Virus record (IMG/VR): IMGVR_UViG_3300044712_002706
Coordinates: 1 to 64,000 of that record
Strand: one strand, 5' to 3'
Source of the DNA: a virus
DNA: 64,000 nucleotides
A program made the position numbers and the translations under genes. Numbering within the stretch: the stretch's first letter is position 1; each line of letters starts with the position of its first letter. A model generated the notes under the pieces. That model did no database searches. It had not been told where the DNA came from and saw only the letters and a list, made by a program, of their open reading frames with translations. Below are positions 1-9,478 of the stretch, piece by piece.

Positions 1-666
1 ATGTTATTCAAACCCAAATCAGGATTGTGGTTCGCAGCCAGCACGGACAACGCCACCGGGACGGGCAGCCAAGAACCGGCACCCCAGTCGAACGGCGGAA
101 GCGGTGACCCACAAGCTACCTCACCGGCAACCCCAACAAAGTCGCCGATCACCTTCGAGAGCGAAGACAAACTCTTCGAATACATCGAAGGTAAGACCTG
201 GCTGAAGGAACGCCTGGAGCGCGAACGCCAAAAGGTCACGGAAGCAGCCGAGAAAGCCGCCAAAGCAGCCCGCGAAAAAGCCGAAGCCGATGCCGCAGCC
301 AAAAACGGCGAGTGGCAGAAGCTGGCCGAACAACGCGAAGGCACAATCCGCGAACTGACCCAGCAGCTTGAAAAACTCACGCCCTGGCAGGACAAGGCTG
401 GCAAGTACGAGAAGGCCCTGAAAGCCCATCTCGACACCCAACGCACCGGCCTGCCCGCCCACGTGCTCGTGCTCCTGGACAAACTCGACCCGGTGGAACA
501 GCTCGAATACATCGCCAAGAACCACGACGCCCTGGCTGCACCTGCGCAAAAGCGCAGCAATGGCGTCCCACCCACCCCACCCGCCGGCGACCCGGGCGAA
601 CTGACTGCCGAAGAGCAGCAGCGCGCCCGCGAAGAACAGCGCCGGCACATGCGTTCCAATTTCTAA
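1..666 (+). CDS. Capsid scaffolding protein (copy A)
   Basis: Low-complexity N-terminus and charged coiled-coil, two genes upstream of the major capsid gene; paralog of 56191..56877. Confidence 0.75.
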   Translation: MLFKPKSGLWFAASTDNATGTGSQEPAPQSNGGSGDPQATSPATPTKSPITFESEDKLFEYIEGKTWLKERLERERQKVTEAAEKAAKAAREKAEADAAAKNGEWQKLAEQREGTIRELTQQLEKLTPWQDKAGKYEKALKAHLDTQRTGLPAHVLVLLDKLDPVEQLEYIAKNHDALAAPAQKRSNGVPPTPPAGDPGELTAEEQQRAREEQRRHMRSNF

Positions 667-678
667 CAGGAGTCTCCC

Positions 679-1479
679 ATGACTGATTTAGCTCTCGTCA
701 CTGCCAACCGCCTGCACATCGTGGAGAGCCTGGAGCAGATGACCCAACCCCTGGGTGAAACCATCACCCTGGGCCAGGCTGCCCGGCTCGATGTGACCAC
801 AGGCAAATTCACCAAGGCCAACGCCACCACAGCGACCGAGAAAAAGGCATACGGCCTGCTGGTCGGCAAGGATGGCGCTGGCGCTGCTGGCACAGCCTTG
901 CGCAAAGGCGTCGTGAGCGGATACGACCTTTCCGCCCTCGACTATGGGGCCAAGGTATATCTCTCCGACGCCGATGGGATGCTGGCCGATACCCCCGGCA
1001 CTATCGAACGCCACGTCGCCACCGTCATCCCAGTCTTTTCGCAGACCCTCGGCAACCCGGCAGACAAACTGCTGCTCGTGGACTTCGGCGAAGGCGAGAA
1101 ATCGCAAACGCTGGTCGTCTCGGCAGAACTGCTCGCTGCCAGTGTGGACAAGTTCGTCTTCATGGCCGACCGCCCATACCAGGTAACGGCCGTGAAGGAA
1201 ATCCACTCGGTGGTCGGTGGGGCCAGCGCAGCCGTGCGCCCACGCAAGATCACCGCTGCAGCCACCGATGCGCCTGGCGCAACTGCCGGCACAACCGTCA
1301 AGGAATTGACCACGGCTGCCATCGACCTGACCGCCACCATCAACACCACCCAAACCCCCGCCCTTTCCGCCACCGCAGCCGACCTGCTTTTGGCGACCGG
1401 CGACAAGCTGGCCCTGGACTTCAGCGGGACGCTGACAGGGCTGGTTGGGGCCATTTTCATCCACCTGAAGGCACTGTAG
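679..1479 (+). CDS. Head decoration/cement-like protein (copy A)
   Basis: Ala/Thr/Gly-rich beta protein between scaffold and MCP; AGGAG RBS; paralog of 56893..57693. Confidence 0.65.
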   Translation: MTDLALVTANRLHIVESLEQMTQPLGETITLGQAARLDVTTGKFTKANATTATEKKAYGLLVGKDGAGAAGTALRKGVVSGYDLSALDYGAKVYLSDADGMLADTPGTIERHVATVIPVFSQTLGNPADKLLLVDFGEGEKSQTLVVSAELLAASVDKFVFMADRPYQVTAVKEIHSVVGGASAAVRPRKITAAATDAPGATAGTTVKELTTAAIDLTATINTTQTPALSATAADLLLATGDKLALDFSGTLTGLVGAIFIHLKAL

Positions 1480-1489
1480 GAGGTGCGTC

Positions 1490-2578
1490 ATGGCTAACCA
1501 GGTTCTATACGGCTTTCAAAATCTCAAGAGCCAGTTCGACAACCACCTGTCGACCGTCAGTATCGATGTCATCAATCGGGCCATCCAGGCATCGGTGGAT
1601 GAGCACAACCGCCAGATTGCGGCGGTGATGAAGCTCTTCGTCATGCCAACGACGAAGACCAAAGTGCGCTTCAAGACACCGGTGGCCGCTCGCCTGCAGC
1701 CCCTCGACGAAAATGGCCGCGCTCGCCCGATCCGGGTGGCCGGTCACTACGAAGTGGCCTTTCCCCTGCAAAGCAGCGGCCTGGCCTGGGGCACCAACCG
1801 CGTGACGCGGGAGAAGATGACCATCGAAGACGCCAACAACATCACGGTCACGATGATCGAATCCGACACGCGCTGGATGCGCGACCACGTCCTGGCGGCT
1901 TTGTTCTTGAACTCGCCCTGGGAATACGACGACGCCGACGACGATGTCGGCAAGCTGACGATCAAAGGCCCGGCCAACGGTGACTCGGACGAATACCTGA
2001 TCCAGGCTGGTCACGACCAGGGAGCGACGGACAATCACTTCCTGGCCCAGGCGGACGCCATCTCGGACACCCACAACCCCTTCCCGACGATCTACGAAGA
2101 CATCACCCAGCACCCGGAAAACAGCGGGGAAGTGATCACCTTCGTGCCGACGAACAACAAGAGTTCGGTGGAAGGGTTGGGCGACTTCGTCAAGGCCCGC
2201 CGCTCGAATGACCCGGTGCGGCACAGTTCGGACGAAGACATCCTGGTGGGTGACATCCCCGCCGATGTGCCGGGTAAGCTGTTCGGCTACGCCCACGACC
2301 AGTGGATGGTGCACTGGCCGATCATGCCCACCAACTACCTGATCACGGTCATGACAGGCGGCGAACGACCCCTGGCCATGCGCGAGCACGAGGAAGCAAG
2401 CCTGAAGGGGTTCAAGAAAGTGGCCGAACGCAACGACCACCCCTTCATGGAATCGCAGTGGGAACGGCATGCCGGGTTTGGCGGCTGGAACCGCGTGGCA
2501 GTGGTGGTCACCCGTGTGGGCAACGCCACCTACGAAATCCCCACATCGCCGGTGGATTACCGCAGCCCGATGACCTAA
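1490..2578 (+). CDS. Major capsid protein (copy A)
   Basis: 362 aa, strong RBS (AGGAGG), synteny, followed by a terminator hairpin; paralog of 57704..58795. Confidence 0.75.
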   Translation: MANQVLYGFQNLKSQFDNHLSTVSIDVINRAIQASVDEHNRQIAAVMKLFVMPTTKTKVRFKTPVAARLQPLDENGRARPIRVAGHYEVAFPLQSSGLAWGTNRVTREKMTIEDANNITVTMIESDTRWMRDHVLAALFLNSPWEYDDADDDVGKLTIKGPANGDSDEYLIQAGHDQGATDNHFLAQADAISDTHNPFPTIYEDITQHPENSGEVITFVPTNNKSSVEGLGDFVKARRSNDPVRHSSDEDILVGDIPADVPGKLFGYAHDQWMVHWPIMPTNYLITVMTGGERPLAMREHEEASLKGFKKVAERNDHPFMESQWERHAGFGGWNRVAVVVTRVGNATYEIPTSPVDYRSPMT

Positions 2579-2591
2579 GTCTGCTCAAGTG

Positions 2592-2627
2592 AAGAACCGG
2601 GGTAGTGACTTCTATCCCGGTTCTTTC
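2592..2627 (+). terminator. Hairpin/intrinsic terminator after MCP
   Basis: AAGAACCGGGGTAG...CTATCCCGGTTCTTT inverted repeat. Confidence 0.6.
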
Positions 2628-2638
2628 AGGAGACCACC

Positions 2639-2977
2639 ATGCACCCAAGAATCTTAGCCCAAAGAACGGGCATCGCATCCGAGAAGCTGGTGACGGCTGC
2701 CCGACGGCTGGCCCAGGCACTCGACCTGCCGGAAGACCTGGTCAACGCCTTGATGCCATCGAGCAACAACAGCCAGATCAAGCCCATGCTGGTGCTCGAA
2801 GCCTGCGCCAATCTGGTCGAAACGGCGGCTGATAAGCTGGCCCAACCGGTCGAAATCGAGCCAATCCCGCCACTCGTAATCGAAACCCCGGAAGGCGACA
2901 ACATCACCGTGACCGCCGCACTCGATACCGAAAGCGGTGAACCCGAACCCAAGGGCAAACGTGGCCGCACCAAGTAG
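2639..2977 (+). CDS. Hypothetical phage protein
   Basis: AGGAG RBS; conserved paralog at 58850..59236. Confidence 0.7.
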   Translation: MHPRILAQRTGIASEKLVTAARRLAQALDLPEDLVNALMPSSNNSQIKPMLVLEACANLVETAADKLAQPVEIEPIPPLVIETPEGDNITVTAALDTESGEPEPKGKRGRTK

Positions 2978-3428
2978 CTACACTGAGACCACCCTGGCTG
3001 AATATGCGCTGAGCGTGCTGGGCCAGGTGGCCGCGTCTATCGGCTGGACGAATGCCAGCAAAGCCACCGAAGTCGTCAATGACACCCTGCTCGAACTGGG
3101 CGTGGACGATATCGCCACCGTGAGCGGGTCCGAAAACATCCGCCATCTGCGGGTTGTGGCTCGGTATCACGCCTGGAAGGCGGCAGCCGAACTGACCAGC
3201 GGGAAGTATGACTTCGACACGGGCGATTCGGGCAGCTTCAAACGCAGCCAGCTGCACCAGATGGCAGTGGAAAACGCCGAGAAAGCACGCGCCGAAGCCA
3301 ATGAAGCAGGCCTGGCTGCCGGTGTCGAAGCGTATCCCGGTTACGAAGTGACCACGGTGCAGACGGTCTTCCAAGAACCATACCAGCCCGGTTATTTGAC
3401 CGATGCTGATATCGACGAGGACGAATGA
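2961..3428 (+). CDS. Head-tail adaptor protein
   Basis: GTG start matches paralog 59220 (MAAPSSY); helical protein after MCP. Confidence 0.6.
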   Translation: MAAPSSYTETTLAEYALSVLGQVAASIGWTNASKATEVVNDTLLELGVDDIATVSGSENIRHLRVVARYHAWKAAAELTSGKYDFDTGDSGSFKRSQLHQMAVENAEKARAEANEAGLAAGVEAYPGYEVTTVQTVFQEPYQPGYLTDADIDEDE

Positions 3429-3796
3429 GCGCAATCAGCGACGCTGAACTGGCCGACATGCAGGCCGACGCAGTAGACAGCCTGACGGAGAGCTGCACGG
3501 TCTCGCACACGCCCCTGGTAAGCGATGGCGCAGGCGGCCAGACCAATGGCACGGTGGTGGTATATGGCCCATACGCCTGCCGCATCGAGCAGAGCGGACG
3601 CAACGCCGATAACCTGCCGGTCGTCGCCGGTGGGCAATCGCCCCGGCGCTACGTATACATCGTCCTCGAACCGGGCGCACTCGTTTCCCCACAAGACACC
3701 ATCATCATCGGGCTGAAGCGCTACCCGGTAATCGCCGTCCCTGAGCACACGCTTCAAATCTTGCTCCGTGTCCAATGCTGGGAGCCAACCGCGTGA
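3425..3796 (+). CDS. Head closure/stopper protein
   Basis: SDGAGGQ motif, beta-rich, about 120 aa, synteny. Confidence 0.65.
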   Translation: MSAISDAELADMQADAVDSLTESCTVSHTPLVSDGAGGQTNGTVVVYGPYACRIEQSGRNADNLPVVAGGQSPRRYVYIVLEPGALVSPQDTIIIGLKRYPVIAVPEHTLQILLRVQCWEPTA

Positions 3797-4209
3797 TCAA
3801 GCCCTTCGTCCAACTCGTCGAAAACCGTATCCCCCTGTTGACCGGAACCATCCGCCAGCGGGCGGGTGATTTGACGATGAAGACGGCGCTGCAAATCCAG
3901 GGCCGCATTCGCACCGGCATGGCCGATGCCAAGAGCGGTCGGGTGTACCTGCGGCGTGGAATCGCCCACCAGGCCAGCGCCCCCGGCGAGATGCCCGCTG
4001 TCGACACCAGCCACCTGACCAACTCGATCCAGGTCGAACGCATGCCGGATGGAGCCAGCAGCGCGGTCTTCACCAATGCCGAATACGCCGAAGTGCTGGA
4101 GTTCGGCGGCGTGAAAACTGAAGCCAGGCCCTTCATGCAACCGGCAGCCGATGCCGAGACCGCCCCCTTCGAAGCCGAAGCAGCCCGCCTGCTCACCGGA
4201 TGGCAGTGA
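3793..4209 (+). CDS. HK97 gp10-like neck/tail completion protein
   Basis: HQASAPGEMPAVDT..L.NSI, YAEVLEFG and ARPFMQPA motifs. Confidence 0.8.
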   Translation: MIKPFVQLVENRIPLLTGTIRQRAGDLTMKTALQIQGRIRTGMADAKSGRVYLRRGIAHQASAPGEMPAVDTSHLTNSIQVERMPDGASSAVFTNAEYAEVLEFGGVKTEARPFMQPAADAETAPFEAEAARLLTGWQ

Positions 4210-4604
4210 TGGAAATCATCGACGTCGAAACCCTGATCCACAGCCGCCTGACTGGCGACGCCACCCTGGTAGCCATCGTCGCCGACCGCGTGTACTCGAT
4301 GGACGCCCCGGCTGGTGCAGACCTGCCCTATATCGTCTTTCGCCTGAGAAACGCACCGACGACCAACGGCGTGGGCGGCCAGGTGATCCTGACCCGGGCC
4401 AGCTATTCGGTGGTCGTCTCCGGTGAGACCCGGAGTCTCCTGGCCCTGAAAACGGCTGCCGAACGGGTACTCGCACTCCTTCAGGGCAACTTCGGGGCCA
4501 TCGGCGGCGTGCTGCGCGAGCAGCTGGCATACCCCGAACTCTTCGACGGCACTTCATACCGCCATCTTGGCGGCCTATTCGACTTTTACGCATCGCCCGC
4601 ATAG
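4209..4604 (+). CDS. Tail terminator (DUF3168-like)
   Basis: L..D..L.AIV.DRVY...AP....PYIV motif upstream of the tail tube gene. Confidence 0.75.
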   Translation: MEIIDVETLIHSRLTGDATLVAIVADRVYSMDAPAGADLPYIVFRLRNAPTTNGVGGQVILTRASYSVVVSGETRSLLALKTAAERVLALLQGNFGAIGGVLREQLAYPELFDGTSYRHLGGLFDFYASPA

Positions 4605-4622
4605 GGCATGCAGGAGGTTCAC

Positions 4623-5924
4623 ATGCCTGACCGAGCATCCATTTTTCAGAATGCACAAATCGGCGTCGAAATCACCCCCGGCACAGCCGTGCTGGCGACG
4701 AAACAGCTCTCGTCCCTGATGATCAGCATGGGGATGAAGTTCGACGTGAAAAAGTATCGCCCTTCGGGGTATCGCTTCCCCACCATTGTCGTCCCCAACA
4801 AGGAATGGGTGGAGCACAAACTGAGCGGCCCAATCACCTACACCGAAATGGTGTACCTGCTCAGTTCGCTGATCAAGACCGTCACGCCAACGGGGGCAGG
4901 TGCAGAAAAGACCTGGGCCTTTTCGCCCACCACCAAGAAAGAAGACCCGCACAAGACATACACCCTCGAACAGGGCGACATATACCGGGCGCACCGCGTG
5001 ACCAATTTCCTGGTGACGGCGCTGACGCTGAATTTCAGCCGTGATGAATGCACGCTGGACGGTACGGCCATCAGCCGGGCGCTGCAGGATGACATCAACC
5101 TGTCCACCGATGCCAAGTACACCCTGACGGCGGCGGCATCACCGCCCACTGCCGGGACGTTCACGCTGACCGCCGGCGGCCAGACGACAGCCGCCATCCA
5201 ATACAACGCCACCACCGCCCAGGTGCAGTCGGCGCTCGAAGCCTTGAGCACTGTGGGAACCGGCAACGTCATTGTCACCCGCACCACCGGCACTTCCACG
5301 CTGGCCCAGGCCAATGCCGTCTACACGGTCGAATTTGTGGCCGACCTGGGCCAGCAGGCGGTGACGATGACGGGGACGTTCACCGGGCTGACCCCGGCCA
5401 GTTCGATTGCCCTGGCATCATCCCAAACCGGCGCAGCCCCGACCGAGATCAAACCGGTACCGGTGCTGCCGACCCACATCTGCATCTACATGGCCGACAC
5501 CCAGGCCAATCTGGGCGTCGCATCGCCGATGAACCGCGTCATCTCCAGCTCGTTCTCTTTGTCGGATATGTATGCGGCGCTGTGGGCGCTCAACCGCAAT
5601 GTGACATCCTTTGCCGCCACCATCCCTACCGAGCCAACGCTGGGTCTCAAGCTGAAGGTGGAAGCCGATGACGAAGGCATGACCCCGCTGACGACCCTGC
5701 GCGCCGGGCAAACCAGATTCTTCCGCATCGAGGCCATCGGCGACACCATCAGTTCTGCCCCATACAAGCTGAACATCGACTTCGCTGCCAAAGCGGAAGA
5801 GCCATCCGAATTCAGCGACGAAGACGGCGTCTTTGCCCTGGAGTGGTCGTTCACCGGCGTGCACGATGTGACCTGGGGCAAGGCGACCGAGCTGACACTG
5901 GTGACCGATGTGGCAAGTTTGTGA
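4623..5924 (+). CDS. Major tail tube protein with inserted accessory domain
   Basis: GGAGG RBS; position before TAC/TMP; internal GTFTLT.GGQTT..I.YNA...VQ.ALEAL insertion. Confidence 0.75.
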   Translation: MPDRASIFQNAQIGVEITPGTAVLATKQLSSLMISMGMKFDVKKYRPSGYRFPTIVVPNKEWVEHKLSGPITYTEMVYLLSSLIKTVTPTGAGAEKTWAFSPTTKKEDPHKTYTLEQGDIYRAHRVTNFLVTALTLNFSRDECTLDGTAISRALQDDINLSTDAKYTLTAAASPPTAGTFTLTAGGQTTAAIQYNATTAQVQSALEALSTVGTGNVIVTRTTGTSTLAQANAVYTVEFVADLGQQAVTMTGTFTGLTPASSIALASSQTGAAPTEIKPVPVLPTHICIYMADTQANLGVASPMNRVISSSFSLSDMYAALWALNRNVTSFAATIPTEPTLGLKLKVEADDEGMTPLTTLRAGQTRFFRIEAIGDTISSAPYKLNIDFAAKAEEPSEFSDEDGVFALEWSFTGVHDVTWGKATELTLVTDVASL

Positions 5925-5936
5925 CAAGGAGCTGAT

Positions 5937-6374
5937 ATGCCCATTTCACTGAGTGACCTTGTTTTGGACGAACGCACCCTTCCGGTGGTAGTTGGCAAAG
6001 ACCCGGAAACGGGCGATGACCTGACGGTGATGATCACCTACCGCCCCAGCGGGTTGACGCCGGTGCTGGAGAGCAACTCGGCCAACCTGTCGGCCCGATT
6101 GGGTCTTGGGCCAGGCGTGGCCACCCTGCTTTCGGGCATGCTGACGGAGTGGGACATCATCAATGCCGAAGGCGAGACCATCCCCACCACCTACGAGGGC
6201 ATGAGCATCATCCCCGACAAGGTGCTGTTCAAAATCAGGGACGCCATCATCCTGGACTTGCGCCAGGACAAGGAAACCCTAAAAAACTCAGACGGTGGCT
6301 CGCATCGGAAGGGGAAGTCGGGCAGTGCCCGGAGTGGTACCCGATCATCCGGGCGGCGAAGCTCTCTGGCATAG
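5937..6374 (+). CDS. Tail assembly chaperone (gpG-like)
   Basis: Between tail tube and TMP; slippery A AAA AAC at 6281-6287. Confidence 0.75.
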   Translation: MPISLSDLVLDERTLPVVVGKDPETGDDLTVMITYRPSGLTPVLESNSANLSARLGLGPGVATLLSGMLTEWDIINAEGETIPTTYEGMSIIPDKVLFKIRDAIILDLRQDKETLKNSDGGSHRKGKSGSARSGTRSSGRRSSLA

Positions 6375-6529
6375 ACCCATGGGTGTTGGCCGAGAAGTCA
6401 TCTGCCTGGACGTGGATGATTTTGACGGCCTGCAACGCCGAAGTGGGTGCTGAGAACGTGCGGCGGGAGAATGCTCTCGAAGCAGCCGGACGCCCACGGA
6501 TGCGGCCACCGATCAAACGAAGACGATAA
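6281..6529 (+). CDS. -1 frameshift extension of tail assembly chaperone (gpGT-like)
   Basis: Open -1 frame (LRRWLASEGEVGQCPEWY...) conserved in copy B with the same slippery heptamer. Confidence 0.75.
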   Translation, partial: KKLRRWLASEGEVGQCPEWYPIIRAAKLSGIDPWVLAEKSSAWTWMILTACNAEVGAENVRRENALEAAGRPRMRPPIKRRR

Positions 6530-6542
6530 GCACAAGATATTT

Positions 6543-6613
6543 TCGCCACAGAGACACAGAGAGCACAGAGTTTTCGATTGGTTTTCTCTGTGATCTCCGT
6601 GTCTCTGTGGCGA
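6543..6613. repeat. REP-like palindromic element (CCACAGAGACACAGAG...CTCCGTGTCTCTGTGG)
   Basis: Long imperfect inverted repeat with internal CACAGAG iterations; absent from copy B. Confidence 0.7.
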
Positions 6614-6635
6614 TTTCATAATAAAGGACAAGACG

Positions 6636-9476
6636 ATGTCGGTCACGCTGGCAAAACTGCTGGTTCTGGTAGGCGCAGACACCAAAGAAGCCGAACAGGG
6701 CCTGGGAGATGTCAACAAGGCGCTGAAAGGCACGCAGTCCATCGGCGAGAACGCCCTGGGCGTGTTTTCGGGCATCCTGTTGGCGAAGGCGGTGCAGGGG
6801 GTGGCTTCGCTGGCAACCGAAGGACTGGAAGCGTACGCGTCCTACGAACGCCTGGGAATGTCGCTCAATGCCCTGTCTGCGCGGGAATTGCTGGTCAGTG
6901 GTGGGGCGCTCAACATGGCCGATGCGATGGAAGCGACCAAAGACCAGGGCAAGCAGCTCCTGGCGACCATCGAGCAGATCGGCATCAAGTCCCCATTCCG
7001 GCAAGAAACCATCGCCACCACGATGCAGACGGCGATGGGATACGGCATGGCCTCGGACATGGCGCTCGATATGACCCAGGCTCTCGTTGACCTTTCTGCT
7101 GCCACCGGGCGCGGTGAGAAAGACCTGCACCTGATGGGCCTGGCACTGGGCCAGGTGTGGGCGAAGGGCAAGCTGACCGGCGAAGAGATGCGCCAGCTGA
7201 CGAATGCTGGCCTTTCGGTGGCCGACGTCTCGCGGGCGATGAAAATCCCCATCAGCGAAGTGGCTGGGGCGATCAGCGACGGCAAGATTGCCGCCAGCGA
7301 GCTGATCCCGGCTTTGATTGACATGATCAACCTGGATTTTGGCGGGGAAGCCGAACGACAGTCCACGAGTTGGGCCGGGCTGATTTCCACCTTCCAGGAT
7401 TTGAAGGATGTCAACCTGCGCGAATTCTTTGCCGGGACACTGGAAGAACTGCAACCGTTGGCCCAGGAACTGGCGACGACCCTGGCCGACCCGGAGTTTC
7501 GGACGCAGGTGCGCGAGACCGGGCAGGCGGTGGGTGACATGGTGGGCCAGATCGTGACATCGGGCCGAGAGCTGATTGATTTCTGGCAGGGCATCCCCGG
7601 CCCGGTGCAGACAGCACTCCTGGCCTTCGGGGGCACGATGCTGGTGGGGCCGCAGGTGGTGGGCGCGTTTGGCTCGATGATGACGGGCGGCGTCAAACTG
7701 CTGCAGGTGCTGCAGCAATTGCAGAGCGGGGTCGGCTTCTTCGCTGTGGCCCAGCAGGGCGCTATCGGCCTGACCGGTGCTCTCCTGCCCGTTGCGGCTG
7801 CGGTAGCGGCGGTCAGCGCGGCGTGGATGGAATGGCAGAAGGTGCAAACCCAGGTTGACCAGGGCAACCAGCAGGTCGAAGCGAGTTGGAGCAGCTTTAT
7901 CAACGAGATGGTCGACAGCGAAGCTTCTGCGGCGCAGGTGACGGAAGCGGTCAACGCCAAGATGGCCGAAACCAAACAGATCATGGACGAGGCTGGCGCA
8001 GCAGGGGTAATCGTTTCCCGCGTCTTCGGTGGTGAAACCGCACCGTCATTGGAGCTGGTCTCTTCGGCATTGCAGAATACCGGGGCAAGTTACGAAGAAT
8101 ATACGGCCGGGATGATGGATTATCTGGCGGTTGCCGGGCAGTTGACGGGAGTGGATCGAGCGGCAGTCGAAGAGATGATCCTGACCGGGGATGCGGCTGA
8201 AGACGTGGCCGGTCAATATGGGCTGATGACCCGCGAAGCCTACGACGCTGCAGCAGCGCAGGCGAAGGTGACCGCAGCAGCTGAAGCCAGCCGCCGGACA
8301 TATACCTACCAGATTGCCTCCTTCGAGTCGTACATGGCTTCGATGAACCAGGCTACCATCACCCAGCAGGCGAACACGGCGGTCGGGCTGGAAGCGGAGC
8401 AGGTGCTCAGACTGGTCTCCGACCTATATAAAGAACTCCCCACCAACATCACCGATGCCAGCGATGCGCAAACCATCCTGACCGATAGCTCGCTATATAT
8501 GCGAGATGCCACGAGCCAGCTCAAAGACGAAGTGACCCTGGCAACCGAAGCGTATTCGTATGGCATCCTTGGCTATGAACGCTACTCCGAAGTCCTCGTC
8601 AACGCCACCAACGGCACACTGACCTTCACCGATGCCCAGCGCCAATCCGTCACCGCGGCTACCGATATGGCGGCAGCCCAGGCAGCGTCGGCACAGGCGG
8701 CGGGAGAGTCGGCGGCAGCCTACTGGGGCCTGGCCGAAAGCCTGAAGGGGGCCAGCCAGGCGGAGATCGCCAAGACGATGATCAGCGACCTGACGGCAGC
8801 CCTGAAAGAAACGGACGACGCAGCCACCCAGAACACCATCAACCAGGCCATCCTGGATATCAGCGACTCCTTCGGCATCACCGACGAGAAGAGCCGGGCG
8901 CTCGCGGCCTCCATGCCCTTGCTGACCCAGGCCTTACTCAGCGGCATCATCCCTTCGCAGAACGCCGATGAAGCGCTCAAGTATCTGAACCAGGATGCCA
9001 AGGACGGCTCGGTAGACTTCGGCAAGCTGATTGAGAAGTTCGGCCAGATACCCGCCAGCCTGAAACCCGGCCAGGATGCGGCAATCGCCATGCAAGATAT
9101 GTGGTCGAACGATGTCAGCGAAGCCTTCATCACCGCCCAAACCGAAGAAGAGAAGTTTTCCGCGTCTATTCAGAAGTTATATGAACTGGCGAAGACGCCG
9201 ATCAACTTCACCATCACCTTCACGAGCACCGGGTACACTGTACCAAGTGGCGGTGGTTCATCGGGGACGCAGACGGGCGGTGGTAGCAGAAACGGCGGTG
9301 GTGGTGGAAGCAACTCTTCCGGCAACGGGACATCTGGGCCAGATGAACAGCAGTATGGCGGCAACACCACCAACGTGTACAACACCCAAAACTACAACTA
9401 CAACGAGGGCGCGGCGGCGACGAATGCAGCACTGGCTGAACAGGCGCGCCGCGAGAACTCGAACATGGGGCCGTAA
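6636..9476 (+). CDS. Tape measure protein (copy A)
   Basis: 946 aa, Ala-rich helical; LGQV.AKGKL.GEE.RQL tape-measure motif. Confidence 0.9.
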   Translation: MSVTLAKLLVLVGADTKEAEQGLGDVNKALKGTQSIGENALGVFSGILLAKAVQGVASLATEGLEAYASYERLGMSLNALSARELLVSGGALNMADAMEATKDQGKQLLATIEQIGIKSPFRQETIATTMQTAMGYGMASDMALDMTQALVDLSAATGRGEKDLHLMGLALGQVWAKGKLTGEEMRQLTNAGLSVADVSRAMKIPISEVAGAISDGKIAASELIPALIDMINLDFGGEAERQSTSWAGLISTFQDLKDVNLREFFAGTLEELQPLAQELATTLADPEFRTQVRETGQAVGDMVGQIVTSGRELIDFWQGIPGPVQTALLAFGGTMLVGPQVVGAFGSMMTGGVKLLQVLQQLQSGVGFFAVAQQGAIGLTGALLPVAAAVAAVSAAWMEWQKVQTQVDQGNQQVEASWSSFINEMVDSEASAAQVTEAVNAKMAETKQIMDEAGAAGVIVSRVFGGETAPSLELVSSALQNTGASYEEYTAGMMDYLAVAGQLTGVDRAAVEEMILTGDAAEDVAGQYGLMTREAYDAAAAQAKVTAAAEASRRTYTYQIASFESYMASMNQATITQQANTAVGLEAEQVLRLVSDLYKELPTNITDASDAQTILTDSSLYMRDATSQLKDEVTLATEAYSYGILGYERYSEVLVNATNGTLTFTDAQRQSVTAATDMAAAQAASAQAAGESAAAYWGLAESLKGASQAEIAKTMISDLTAALKETDDAATQNTINQAILDISDSFGITDEKSRALAASMPLLTQALLSGIIPSQNADEALKYLNQDAKDGSVDFGKLIEKFGQIPASLKPGQDAAIAMQDMWSNDVSEAFITAQTEEEKFSASIQKLYELAKTPINFTITFTSTGYTVPSGGGSSGTQTGGGSRNGGGGGSNSSGNGTSGPDEQQYGGNTTNVYNTQNYNYNEGAAATNAALAEQARRENSNMGP

Positions 9477-9478
9477 AG

